Source of the DNA: an uncultured Candidatus Entotheonella sp.
GTDB lineage: Bacteria; Tectomicrobia; Entotheonellia; Entotheonellales; Entotheonellaceae
Reading direction: 5' to 3'
Length of the DNA stretch: 64,000 nt
NCBI GenBank assembly: GCA_965217185.1
Contig: OZ244252.1
Span: 992,001-1,056,000 of the forward strand
Made by a program: the position numbers and the translations under genes. Each line of letters starts with the position of its first letter. Position 1 is the stretch's first letter. The notes under the pieces were generated by a model. The model saw only the letters and a program-made list of their open reading frames with translations. It made no database searches and was not told the DNA's origin. Shown here one piece after another: positions 54,839 to 64,000 of the stretch.

Positions 54839-55027
54839 ATGCAGACGCCAGACGTGAAGAAGGAAGCCCACCGCCTGATAGAAAGTCTGCCTGAAAGTGC
54901 TACCTGGGATGATCTGACGTACACCATCTATGTCCGGCAAGCCATTGAGGCCGGACTCGAAGATAGCGAAGCCGGTCGGGCATTGGACGTCGGTGAAGTC
55001 CGGGCGAAGTTTGGGTTGTCAGGGTGA
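54839..55027 (+). CDS. Putative type II antitoxin
   Basis: LPESATWDDL.Y.IYVRQAIEAGL.D..AGR pattern typical of RelE/ParE partners. Confidence 0.65.
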   Translation: MQTPDVKKEAHRLIESLPESATWDDLTYTIYVRQAIEAGLEDSEAGRALDVGEVRAKFGLSG

Positions 55028-55115
55028 GGGTGCGCTGGACGAGCACCGTTTCGGACACCCAATGTTGAGGATGGTAACGCTGTATGAGCCGAATCCGAAC
55101 GAATGGATCGATTAT
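55024..55115 (+). pseudogene. Fused remnants: RelE/ParE N-terminus and DUF4258-like toxin C-terminus
   Basis: GTG VRVRWT.. then, in another frame, PMLRMVTLYEPNPNEWIDY. Confidence 0.5.
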
Positions 55116-55130
55116 CCAGAAGGAGAAGGC

Positions 55131-55364
55131 ATGCCTGTCTGCCCAGTCTGTCATGCTGAGGAGAGCCGGGAAGAACGGGTTGACGAGGTCTTCCGAATTG
55201 GCGGGCAATACGTTCTCGTTGGCGGCATTCCGGCTATGGTATGCGCCCGGTGCGGTGAGCAAGCCTTCAGCCGAGAGACCGTAGAGAAAATCCGCGTGAT
55301 GGTTCACGGTGAAGCCAAGGCCATCAAGTCTGTTCCATTGCAAGTCTTCGACTTCGCCTCCTGA
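55131..55364 (+). CDS. YgiT/MqsA-type zinc finger protein (antitoxin-like)
   Basis: CPVC..IPAMVCARCGEQAF; ATG after AAGGAG. Confidence 0.8.
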   Translation: MPVCPVCHAEESREERVDEVFRIGGQYVLVGGIPAMVCARCGEQAFSRETVEKIRVMVHGEAKAIKSVPLQVFDFAS

Positions 55365-55430
55365 ATTCGTGTCATCTCTGCCCGAGACATGAAACACAAG
55401 GAGCGCGTCCGTTATGAGCAGCAAACGTAA
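55365..55430 (+). pseudogene. BrnT toxin 3' remnant
   Basis: IRVISARDMKHKERVRYEQQT* with no 5' part. Confidence 0.7.
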
Positions 55431-55550
55431 ACCCATACCCGCTTTCAAGAATGAGGCGGAAGGGCGGGATTTCTGGGAACGTCACGATTCGGCTGATTAT
55501 GTGGAATGGGATACGGCTGAGTGTGTCCGTTTCCCCAATCTCGAATCATC
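55414..55550 (+). pseudogene. BrnA/CopG antitoxin, probably 3'-truncated
   Basis: IPAFKNEAE.RDFWERHDSADY..FPNL then diverges into REP-like DNA. Confidence 0.65.
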
Positions 55551-55604
55551 CGAGGTGATGGCCGTGGACGAAGAAGCGAATCGCGCGCCTGCAGGCTTCC
55601 TTTT

Positions 55605-55627
55605 GCGGGCTGGAAGCCCGCGCTCCC
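55605..55627. repeat. REP-like palindrome
   Basis: GCGGGC-tggaa-GCCCGC-GCTCCC. Confidence 0.6.
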
Positions 55628-55634
55628 GGGGGCT

Positions 55635-55669
55635 CCCTCTCCCTCTGGGAGAGGGCTGGGGTGAGGGGG
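55635..55669. repeat. REP-like palindromic element (copy 1)
   Basis: CCCTCTCCC-tct-GGGAGAGGG-ctggggtgaggggg. Confidence 0.75.
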
Positions 55670-55787
55670 AAAGCTGCCATATGTGCTCACCCCGTTATGT
55701 GTAAAAGGACAGACGGCTGTATCGGCTTGCGTATGGTAGGATGAACGCTTGTGCAAAGCCTCTTGTGGCAGAGAAAGGAACCAGCCC

Positions 55788-56168
55788 ATGGCAGAGCAGA
55801 CGAAAACCTCCATCGACAAGGTAAAGGAACTCGCTCCCACCATAAGCCTGTTTACCCTGGTCGTTCTGACCATCACGCTCAGCGTGATGTCCCAGATCAA
55901 CATCGGGAACCGGCTCGACGCCATGCAGGCGGAAACCAATCGCCGGTTCGACGTCATGCTGGCAGAAACCAATCGTCGGTTCGACGCCATACAGGCAGAA
56001 GACAACCGCCGGTTCGACGAGCTCAACCGCCGGCTCGACGCCACGCAGGCGGAAACCAACCGCCGGTTCGACGAGCTCAACCGCCGATTCGATGAATTAT
56101 TCGAAGTCCTCCGCATCTTCGAAGGAAGAATCTCCCGGCTTGAAGGACAAGCAAGCCCTGCCGAATGA
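55788..56168 (+). CDS. Membrane-anchored coiled-coil protein with internal tandem repeats
   Basis: AAAGGA RBS; one hydrophobic segment, then 11-aa (NRRFDAxQAET) and 7-aa (NRRFDEL) repeats at 55908-56099. Confidence 0.7.
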   Translation: MAEQTKTSIDKVKELAPTISLFTLVVLTITLSVMSQINIGNRLDAMQAETNRRFDVMLAETNRRFDAIQAEDNRRFDELNRRLDATQAETNRRFDELNRRFDELFEVLRIFEGRISRLEGQASPAE

Positions 56169-56254
56169 CGGCCCAAAGGAATGACCTGCCTTCCCTGCCG
56201 GAACACACCGACCAGGACCCCGCACCGTTCACGTCACACACCACAGGCAGAGCG

Positions 56255-56294
56255 CCCCCTCGCCCCCAACCCTCTCCCGCCAAGGGAGAGGGGG
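56255..56294. repeat. REP-like palindromic element (copy 2, inverted relative to copy 1)
   Basis: ccccctcgcccccaa-CCCTCTCCC-gccaa-GGGAGAGGG. Confidence 0.75.
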
Positions 56295-56314
56295 CAGCAT
56301 GATCCAATACGTCT

Positions 56315-57994
56315 TTAACCCACCATGTCGTAGCTGCGCAACAATTTACCTGGCAAGGCGCTGGTGCACTCATTCTCCTCGAACGTGACGGCGCCATTCA
56401 CCAGGATGTGGCGGATGCCGGTGGGTTTCTGCACCCGGCGCCATTCGCCGCCAGGAAAATCGCTCGCATAGGTCGGCTTGTCGTAGACGTAGCCGAGTTG
56501 TTCGAGATCATAGATCATGATGTCGGCCCAGTCGCCAACACGCAGTGTGCCGCGCCCCTTGAAATCGGCGATCCAGGCCGGGTAGGCGCTCATCTTGTAA
56601 TGCGCCTGCTCGATGCTGACCAACTGCCGATCCCGCACCCAGTAGCCCAGAAAATGGACCGGCCAGGTGCTGATGGTGAGATAGCGGGTGTGGGCGCCGC
56701 CGTCCGACAGGGAAATGTGGGAGTAAGGGCTGGAAATACGGCGGGCCAGAGCCTCGTCCCCTCGGTTCGACATCTGGTGGCTGAACGTCGTCTGCAGTCC
56801 CTCATCCAGCGCCAGATCGAGGAGCGCATCCAGCGGGTCCTTCTGTTGCTTGGCGGCCAAGTCTTCGATGCTCAAGCCCTCGTACTGCCGGTTGTGTTCT
56901 TGGACCACCTCGACCACGGTCATGTGACGCCAATCGGTTCTGGCATGCGGCCGGTCGGCCACGTCGCGTTTCATGGCGGCGCGCGTCTCCGCGTTGCGCA
57001 ACTTCAGGCCGCGCTCGACAGCCGTGCCCACCAGCGGCTGAATCCAGTTGGGCATGTAATCGAACATGTTGTACTCAGCCAGCGTGAACTCCGACACGGG
57101 GTCCATGGAATTCTGCTGCACCACCACCGGCAGCCCTTCGGCACGCGCTTCGCTGGCCCACGTGTAACCTTCCTCATCATCCCCAACGGCCACGTGCAGC
57201 GGCCGTCCGCTGCGCTGCATCATGTCCAGAAGCAGCAGGTGTTGTTCATGGGCCGTGTTGGAAATGCCGATGGTCCATCCCATGTGGCCGACGCCAAAGT
57301 CGGACATCACGTCCGCGAGCCCGAGAAACTCCTCCGGCGACGCCACGTGGCTCGGTAATGCACTGCCGTCTTCCGTGCGATCTTCGAGATTCTGGTCGGC
57401 AGAGAAGCCGAAAGCGCCGGCTTGCATGGCTTCGTGGAGAAGCTTTTTCATCTGGCTCAGTTCGGCCTCAGTTACCGAGGTGCGCTCGCGCGCTTCTCGC
57501 ATCCCCAGCACGTAGCCACGCAGCGGCGAGAACGGCACCAGCGCGCCCACGTTCACCCCCAAGCCCTGGCGGTCCAGGCTGTCGAGGTACTCCGGGAAGG
57601 TCTCCCAATCCCAGCGCAGCCCGAGTTCCATCGACTTCATGGGGATGGCCTCAATGCGGTTCATCATGCGCATGTTGAGATCACGGTCCTCGGGTCGCGT
57701 TGGCGCGAACCCAAAGCCGCATTGGCCGATGCTGACGGAGGTGACGCCAAACCAGCCGGACAACGTGGCGTAAGGATCCCAGTTCAGCTGGGCGTCATAA
57801 TGGGTGTGCAGGTCAATCGCGCCGGGCGCCACGTTGCACCCCTTGGCGTCGATCTCCCGGGCGCCGCCGGCTTTGATACGACCGCTAATCATGGCCACCC
57901 GACCGTCCTTCACGGCCAGATCGGCTCGAAACGGTGGAATCCCTGTTCCATCCACAATGGTGCCGCCGCGAATAACCACGTCATATTCAGCCAT
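56315..57994 (-). CDS. N-acyl-D-amino-acid deacylase family amidohydrolase
   Basis: PGAIDLHTHYDAQ, GQCGFGFAP, SDGGAH, GDWADI; ATG 57994 after AAGGAG. Confidence 0.88.
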   Translation of the reverse strand: MAEYDVVIRGGTIVDGTGIPPFRADLAVKDGRVAMISGRIKAGGAREIDAKGCNVAPGAIDLHTHYDAQLNWDPYATLSGWFGVTSVSIGQCGFGFAPTRPEDRDLNMRMMNRIEAIPMKSMELGLRWDWETFPEYLDSLDRQGLGVNVGALVPFSPLRGYVLGMREARERTSVTEAELSQMKKLLHEAMQAGAFGFSADQNLEDRTEDGSALPSHVASPEEFLGLADVMSDFGVGHMGWTIGISNTAHEQHLLLLDMMQRSGRPLHVAVGDDEEGYTWASEARAEGLPVVVQQNSMDPVSEFTLAEYNMFDYMPNWIQPLVGTAVERGLKLRNAETRAAMKRDVADRPHARTDWRHMTVVEVVQEHNRQYEGLSIEDLAAKQQKDPLDALLDLALDEGLQTTFSHQMSNRGDEALARRISSPYSHISLSDGGAHTRYLTISTWPVHFLGYWVRDRQLVSIEQAHYKMSAYPAWIADFKGRGTLRVGDWADIMIYDLEQLGYVYDKPTYASDFPGGEWRRVQKPTGIRHILVNGAVTFEENECTSALPGKLLRSYDMVG

Positions 57995-58260
57995 GTCATA
58001 CTCCTTACGTTTTGACACGTTTTGACGGTTCCTCGAACTTTCACCTGACCGCATCATACCACCGTTAAGCCCTTACGCTACCTCCCAAATTCTGCCGTCC
58101 CCAACCTGACTCGTCCAGGAACTCATGCGTCATCAAAAAAGCCTGCAGCCATACAACCCGCCTTATAGCGTCGATAGCTGTCACCGAACACGACATGATG
58201 GCATTGGACACCCATCGTCAACATGGCACTGGCCCACCACAAGCCCAGCCTGCCTGAGCC

Positions 58261-58971
58261 CTATGTCAACGCCTCGGCCAACGCCGCAAGGTTTGGTACG
58301 ATCAGGTCGGGCTGATGCGGTGTGTCGCCATAGGGGCGGCTGCGACGATCGACAAATGCCGCGCGCATGCCATAGGCCTTCGCACCGATGCAGTCGAAGG
58401 CATGATTGGCGACGTGCATAATGCTCGTTCGCGCCTCCCCGATCAGCTCTTCAGCCTTCTGATACGTCTTGTAATGGGGCTTGAAATATCCCGCTTCTTC
58501 AACCGAGATTGTCTGGTCAAAATCGAAGCCAATCGACGGCTTCGCATTTTCCAGCATATCCCGGTCGCCGTTAGACAGAATCACGAGACGGTAACGGGTT
58601 CGGAGTTGGGAGAGCGCGTCAAGAACGTCTGGAAAAGGCCGCAATTGCTCGATCTGGGCGACCAGCCACTGCACCTCTTCCTGCGTATAGGCAATACCTG
58701 CTCGGGTCATCACGTGCGACACCGCCCGGTGGCCGATCTGCCGGTACGGCGTGTGACCGCGGTCACACAGCGCATCGATCATCGAATCCTCGTAATGGGT
58801 GCGCCGCCACCAGGTGACAAAGCGGTGCGGCTCACCGTCCCAGCCTTTCTTGCGCAGAAAGGGTGTGACCGCATCGATCAAGCCTTGCTGCATATCGACA
58901 ACGGTACCGTACTGATCGAACATCAACACCTTGACCTCGCGCTTGAGCACGTCAATCGTCGCCGCTGTCAT
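58261..58971 (-). CDS. Haloacid dehalogenase type II (HAD family)
   Basis: FDQYGTVVD, LSNGD, FKP, HVANHAFD..GAK. Confidence 0.88.
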   Translation of the reverse strand: MTAATIDVLKREVKVLMFDQYGTVVDMQQGLIDAVTPFLRKKGWDGEPHRFVTWWRRTHYEDSMIDALCDRGHTPYRQIGHRAVSHVMTRAGIAYTQEEVQWLVAQIEQLRPFPDVLDALSQLRTRYRLVILSNGDRDMLENAKPSIGFDFDQTISVEEAGYFKPHYKTYQKAEELIGEARTSIMHVANHAFDCIGAKAYGMRAAFVDRRSRPYGDTPHQPDLIVPNLAALAEALT

Positions 58972-59006
58972 TGCAATCGCTTCCTCCCGACAGATTTAAG
59001 GTTTCC

Positions 59007-59828
<822 letters not shown>

Positions 59829-60018
59829 TAAGTCATTGTATTTACAGGAATTCTTGAAAAAATAGACAGTTTTTATTTCGTCTCAGTACGTGATTTATTT
59901 CGATGAAAATTCTCTATCCTATTCATATAAAAGGAGTTTTGGACTATGATAGAATCAATTATAATAGAATTTCCAAGTGGGCGTTTTCCAAAGTCATGGG
60001 AGCAAGAAAGGAAAAATC

Positions 60019-60198
60019 ATGACCGAGAAGTCCGAATTTCAGGCAATGGAATCGAGCGCACCTAATCTGCTGGAAGTTGACACCAGCCAACTACCCAGCG
60101 TCACACTTGCCAGGCTCATTGAGGAAGTCCGCAATGAGGAAACTTCAACCATGCACCCTTACGACCGAGTGCACAATCGGCATAACCGGGGTCATTAA
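60019..60198 (+). CDS. RiPP precursor, YhhA-like cyclophane (triceptide) peptide
   Basis: 59 aa; leader LARLIEEVR, core YDR-V-HNR-HNR-GH; AAAGGA RBS; directly upstream of rSAM/SPASM. Confidence 0.85.
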   Translation: MTEKSEFQAMESSAPNLLEVDTSQLPSVTLARLIEEVRNEETSTMHPYDRVHNRHNRGH

Positions 60199-60226
60199 TC
60201 GTGCTTTCCTGTTGGAAATTGAGATT

Positions 60227-61354
60227 GTGATTGAAATCGATACGGTCCTCATCAAGGTTGCCAGCCGCTGCAATATCAACTGCCGCTATTGTTATGTGTA
60301 CAACATGGGCGACACGCGCTGGGCGGACATGCCCAAGCAGATGGCTGTCGAAACGGTGTTGGCGGTAGCGTGCGCCCTTGATGCATTGTCACGGCAACAA
60401 AGGCGTCGTTTTGCAGTCGTTCTTCACGGTGGGGAACCGTTGTTGATTGGCCCCGAAAGACTGACTTTTCTCCTTGCCCGGCTACGCGATGTCCTGTCGA
60501 CTGAATACCCTTTTAGCGTCCAGACCAATGGTATGTTGATTTCTCAAGCAGTCCTTGATGTCTGCTCTGAATTTCGCACTAGCCTGGGAGTCAGTATCGA
60601 TGGACCACGGGGGATTCATGATCGTCATCGAATCGACCACGCTGGTCAAGGAACCCACGATAAGGTTCTGGAGGGAATTGCGCGACTACAAAATCATCCC
60701 GACGGGCGTTTTCTTTATGCCGGCCTTCTGGCCGTAATTGACCCGACATCCGACCCGGCCGAGGTATATGGATATTTTAAGGAATTGGGCGCCCCGAGCG
60801 TGGATTTCTTGTATCGCGACGGGAATCACTCGCAACTGCCATACGGTAAAGCCTCGTTCCAATCTGCGGAGTACGGGCGATGGCTCTCCCGGCTCCTGGA
60901 TGTTTACCTCGCCGACCCGACTCCGATCCGCATTCGGTTGCTCGATGACATGATCAAACTGATATTGGGCGGCTCTGGGACGAAAGAAGGGCTAGGGCCG
61001 ACCGATTTTGGGATTGTTGTGATTGACACGGATGGATCGGTCACCAAAAACGATACGCTGAAGAGTTCCTTCAATGGAGCCGACTGTTTTCAGCAGCAGT
61101 GGTCGGTTCATACGCATCGCCTCGCCGACATCGCCAATTCCCCTGAATTTGCCTCGTATCATGCTCTTCAGCGCCCCAGCGCTTCTTGCTGCCTGTCTTG
61201 CCCGGAACTTGCTGTGTGCGGTGGGGGAATGCCTGTGAATCGGTGGCGAAATGAGAACGGTTACGAGAATCCATCAGTCTACTGCGCGGATCAGCTTGTA
61301 TTGATCCGCCACATGCGCAACCGGCTGGCGTCGCTCGTGGAATCGTGTCGGTAA
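60227..61354 (+). CDS. Cyclophane-forming radical SAM/SPASM peptide maturase (YhhB-like)
   Basis: KVASRCNINCRYCY, LHGGEPL, SIDG, C-terminal CLSC..CGGG..YC; start 60212 or 60227. Confidence 0.85.
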   Translation: MIEIDTVLIKVASRCNINCRYCYVYNMGDTRWADMPKQMAVETVLAVACALDALSRQQRRRFAVVLHGGEPLLIGPERLTFLLARLRDVLSTEYPFSVQTNGMLISQAVLDVCSEFRTSLGVSIDGPRGIHDRHRIDHAGQGTHDKVLEGIARLQNHPDGRFLYAGLLAVIDPTSDPAEVYGYFKELGAPSVDFLYRDGNHSQLPYGKASFQSAEYGRWLSRLLDVYLADPTPIRIRLLDDMIKLILGGSGTKEGLGPTDFGIVVIDTDGSVTKNDTLKSSFNGADCFQQQWSVHTHRLADIANSPEFASYHALQRPSASCCLSCPELAVCGGGMPVNRWRNENGYENPSVYCADQLVLIRHMRNRLASLVESCR

Positions 61355-61932
61355 TGACGTCTCTCCTTCGTCTTTCTTCCGCTGAGGCATTTTCTCAACC
61401 ATTCCCTTATGTCATTTCTCCTGAAACTCTTGACTTGGCCGTCAGTTGCCGGATTCTTGCTTGGCTTGAATCAGATGCTCCTTGGCGGTTGGTGGAAACG
61501 GACTTTTATGAACAATTCGAGTTCAGCCTTTCAGATAGTCAGCTACCCCCCGATTTGGCCTTCCTACGTTCATCTGAGTTCCTGGCGGCAGTGAAAGCGC
61601 GTATGGCTGTTCTCTTCGGGGCTGTGTTGGGTGAGCGAGTCGATGCCACAGTGCATCGACTCGTGTCGGGTCAACGTATCCGTCTCCACAATGACTTCAT
61701 TGGGGGTGCTGAGACGCACCGGCTCTTGATCCAGTTGAACCGGGGATGGAAGGACGAGAACGGGGGATTTCTCCTCTTCTTCAACAGCGCGGATCCCTCC
61801 GACCTGCATAAAGTCTTTCGCCCAGTCCACAACAGTGCCGTGGGATTTGCCATCACGCCGGAGTCGCATCATGCCGTCTCCACACTCCACGCCGGAGAAC
61901 GCTTCACCCTCGTCTACTCATTTTATGGATAG
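61354..61932 (+). CDS. 2OG-Fe(II) oxygenase (YhhC-like)
   Basis: HND..H facial triad (LHND, SHHAV), distal R (ERFTLVYS); TAATG coupling to rSAM gene. Confidence 0.85.
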   Translation: MTSLLRLSSAEAFSQPFPYVISPETLDLAVSCRILAWLESDAPWRLVETDFYEQFEFSLSDSQLPPDLAFLRSSEFLAAVKARMAVLFGAVLGERVDATVHRLVSGQRIRLHNDFIGGAETHRLLIQLNRGWKDENGGFLLFFNSADPSDLHKVFRPVHNSAVGFAITPESHHAVSTLHAGERFTLVYSFYG

Positions 61933-62812
61933 CTCGCGTTTGCACCTTTTGAATCACGCTATCAAGAGCGCCCTCGCAAATCCATATCCCGACCCGTGGC
62001 TGCCGGATCTGACGACTTCGCTTGCCGAGTGGGGAGATCAGGGGTTGCGCAGTCGTACCGGGATAACGGCCGCTGATTACGGCACAGAGCGCGTGCTGGC
62101 AGGGAGTGTCGAGGTGCCTCGACATGTGGCAGCGCGTCTACCATCTCGGGTTGGCGTCGATGGGCCGACACGCCAAATGGCGGTCGAATTTTTGACGGAA
62201 GCGTGCAGTGGGCCATATTGCGATATCGGGCTTTGCTTCTATACACCCGAGGAGGTGGCGAACTCGGCCGTTCCATGGTGTTTACAAGACGCCATAGATG
62301 TCCTGGTCCGGGTTCCGACCCTCCAAGCAACCGTCGCAACACTGATACGGACCTGCCATGTCCTGATGCCGGAGAATGACGCCTACGACGTAAGCTACAG
62401 CGACCCGCTTGTCCCCTTTTCTGCCTTTGTTTCAGTCCCTCAGAGGCGTGGACCGACGGAGGCGTTGCGTGTTGCGGAGTCTCTGGTGCATGAGGCCATG
62501 CACCTTCAATTGACGCTGATTGAACGGCTCCTGCCTCTTGTTGAGGAATCGGATCAGACGTACTTTTCTCCCTGGAAAGGAACGCAGCGGTCCCCGCGAG
62601 GAGTTTTGCATGCGTTATACGTTTTCCGGGCTATTGACAGCTTCTTTGGGCGACTGCTGGCACTTCCCGGCTGGCCTGTTGTCTGCGTGGGCCACATGCG
62701 CAGACGGCGTTGTGAAATTGCTCGGCAAATTTCGGAAGTCAGAGCGTTCAAAGACCATCCGGCTCTGACGGAGGCGGGAACCTGTCTTGCGGGGTTACTC
62801 GTTTGCGGCTGA
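61925..62812 (+). CDS. HExxH-motif peptide-modifying protein (aKG-HExxH hydroxylase-like)
   Basis: SYSDP, ESLVHEAMH, YFSPWK..R, LHALYVF; overlaps the oxygenase gene. Confidence 0.8.
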   Translation: MDSSRLHLLNHAIKSALANPYPDPWLPDLTTSLAEWGDQGLRSRTGITAADYGTERVLAGSVEVPRHVAARLPSRVGVDGPTRQMAVEFLTEACSGPYCDIGLCFYTPEEVANSAVPWCLQDAIDVLVRVPTLQATVATLIRTCHVLMPENDAYDVSYSDPLVPFSAFVSVPQRRGPTEALRVAESLVHEAMHLQLTLIERLLPLVEESDQTYFSPWKGTQRSPRGVLHALYVFRAIDSFFGRLLALPGWPVVCVGHMRRRRCEIARQISEVRAFKDHPALTEAGTCLAGLLVCG

Positions 62813-63595
62813 AGGAGCGGTGGAGTTGAGGAAGTCTTGTGCCATAGCGCTATATTTGGCTTCGCAACTCGAATGGTGTCGGATGCGTTCCTCGGCCTCC
62901 TTGATTTCCTTCATCAAGTTTGTGACATCGTTTCCCGACTTTGCCAACTTACGACACGCCTCCAGCCCATCGTGCAATGTCTTCAAAATGGACAGATGAC
63001 TGCGACGCTCGTTTCGAAGTTCCCTTCTCATTAAGCCTAGGGCCCGGATAGTCTGTCTCCCCTTATCGGTGTCGCCGATAATAACTTCCCCACGAAAGTG
63101 AAGGTGCTTCCGAGGGTCTTCTTGGGCTGGATTAATCAAGAGCGGCCGTTCCTTCGTTATGTCATCGTGATGGCTCACGGCTCGTTTCGTCTCATCCAAT
63201 AACGGAAACAGATTCCGCTTGTGACTTGTGTTGCATTTCTCACAGCTAAACAACAGATTTTTCCAATCATAAGCGAGCCAATAATAGCCGGGGCGCTGCA
63301 GGTGCTGCTGTTCATTCTGTTGTATCCCTCCCTTTGGCCGGAAATGTTCGACAACACCGTAAGAAGTGGAGAGGAACTTTGACTCACAGTAACAGCATTT
63401 GCCGTATTGAGCCTTTTTCAACATGTCCTTCACATTCTCAGCAGCATAAATCCGGGTATAGAACCGGAACTTTGTCAAACCAGTACGATAATTGCTCGAA
63501 TTCTGATCGTAAGCCTCACAATCCTTTCTGGTTTGTTTTGTCCCACCGTTTTTCAGGATTTCAGGAACTTCAGCGGGTTTTCGGATACGGATCAT
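62795..63595 (-). CDS. HNH endonuclease (PtuB/retron-associated type)
   Basis: KCCYCE..VEHFRPK..WKNLLFSCEKCN..LINP. Confidence 0.85.
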   Translation of the reverse strand: MIRIRKPAEVPEILKNGGTKQTRKDCEAYDQNSSNYRTGLTKFRFYTRIYAAENVKDMLKKAQYGKCCYCESKFLSTSYGVVEHFRPKGGIQQNEQQHLQRPGYYWLAYDWKNLLFSCEKCNTSHKRNLFPLLDETKRAVSHHDDITKERPLLINPAQEDPRKHLHFRGEVIIGDTDKGRQTIRALGLMRRELRNERRSHLSILKTLHDGLEACRKLAKSGNDVTNLMKEIKEAEERIRHHSSCEAKYSAMAQDFLNSTAPSAANE

Positions 63596-64000
63596 GATTC
63601 AGGAAATTGTTCCCTCAGTTTAGCCGCCATCCGCCGAATCAGATCCATGTCGGCTTGATCTTCCTGAATTTCGGCAGTCGGCAGGTTTTCCAGCTTCTTG
63701 TCTAATTCCTTGAGACACTTCTCCTCGGATGCGTCCAGGGCGGTCCCTTTGGCCAGCAGTCTATGGCGGTCCGCAATAAGGCTTTCTATCTCTTTACTTC
63801 GTGCGGGTATGTCGAATAGGTCACTGGTAAGGATCTGGTCTACTCTCCAAGCCTTGACGAACTGGGGCCGGTTTTGAATTACCACCTGACCGTCAATTCG
63901 GTTCAATACCGCTAAGTTTGCGTTTGCCGCTGCCTGGACCACTAAGGGGCTATGAGCAGTAGCGATAAATTGGGTCTTGGGGAAATAATGAGTCAAGTGG
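63592..64000 (-). CDS. ABC-type/AAA ATPase C-terminus (PtuA-like), partial
   Basis: FPKTQFIATAHSP H-loop; ATGA overlap with HNH gene; 5' end outside window. Confidence 0.75.
   Translation of the reverse strand, partial: HLTHYFPKTQFIATAHSPLVVQAAANANLAVLNRIDGQVVIQNRPQFVKAWRVDQILTSDLFDIPARSKEIESLIADRHRLLAKGTALDASEEKCLKELDKKLENLPTAEIQEDQADMDLIRRMAAKLREQFPES

Noticed and set aside
54000..55600. Integron cassette array explaining the TA fragments
   Set aside because: No convincing attC sites or integron integrase could be identified by eye.
55908..56099. Possible CRISPR array
   Set aside because: Units are contiguous, multiples of 3 and coding, with no unique spacers and no cas genes.
60077..60226. 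Extended N-terminus of the rSAM/SPASM ORF
   Set aside because: It overlaps the precursor gene in another frame; the real start is probably 60212 or 60227.

Overview
Bacterial chromosomal window in two parts. The first ~33.2 kb is a conserved minus-strand core cluster: ispD-ispF-rlmB, tRNA-Thr/Tyr/Gly/Thr, tuf, rpmG, tRNA-Trp, secE-nusG-rplKAJL-rpoBC, rpsLG-fusA-tuf and the S10/spc/alpha ribosomal protein operons, ending in partial rpsD. The rest is accessory DNA. It starts with an rpoZ-like gene and yggX, followed by two tandem genes that each carry an in-frame TGA with a SECIS-like hairpin: a C-U-A-E-P-tail radical SAM enzyme and an ATP-grasp ligase with GGL-U-SR. These are probably an unannotated double-selenoprotein biosynthetic module. 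Next come a sigma54-driven urtABCDE urea-type ABC transporter and a defence-island-like region (AAA/DUF4143 ATPase, STAND NTPase with C-terminal nuclease, BrnTA, type IIG R-M, AbiGi-like). A toxin-antitoxin graveyard follows, in which toxins are broken and most antitoxins are kept. After it lie a repeat coiled-coil gene flanked by REP-like elements, an amidohydrolase, a HAD hydrolase and IS5/pobA remnants. The window ends with a four-gene Yhh-type cyclophane (triceptide) RiPP cluster abutting a Septu-like HNH/ATPase pair. All calls rest on motif recognition by eye; no searches were run.
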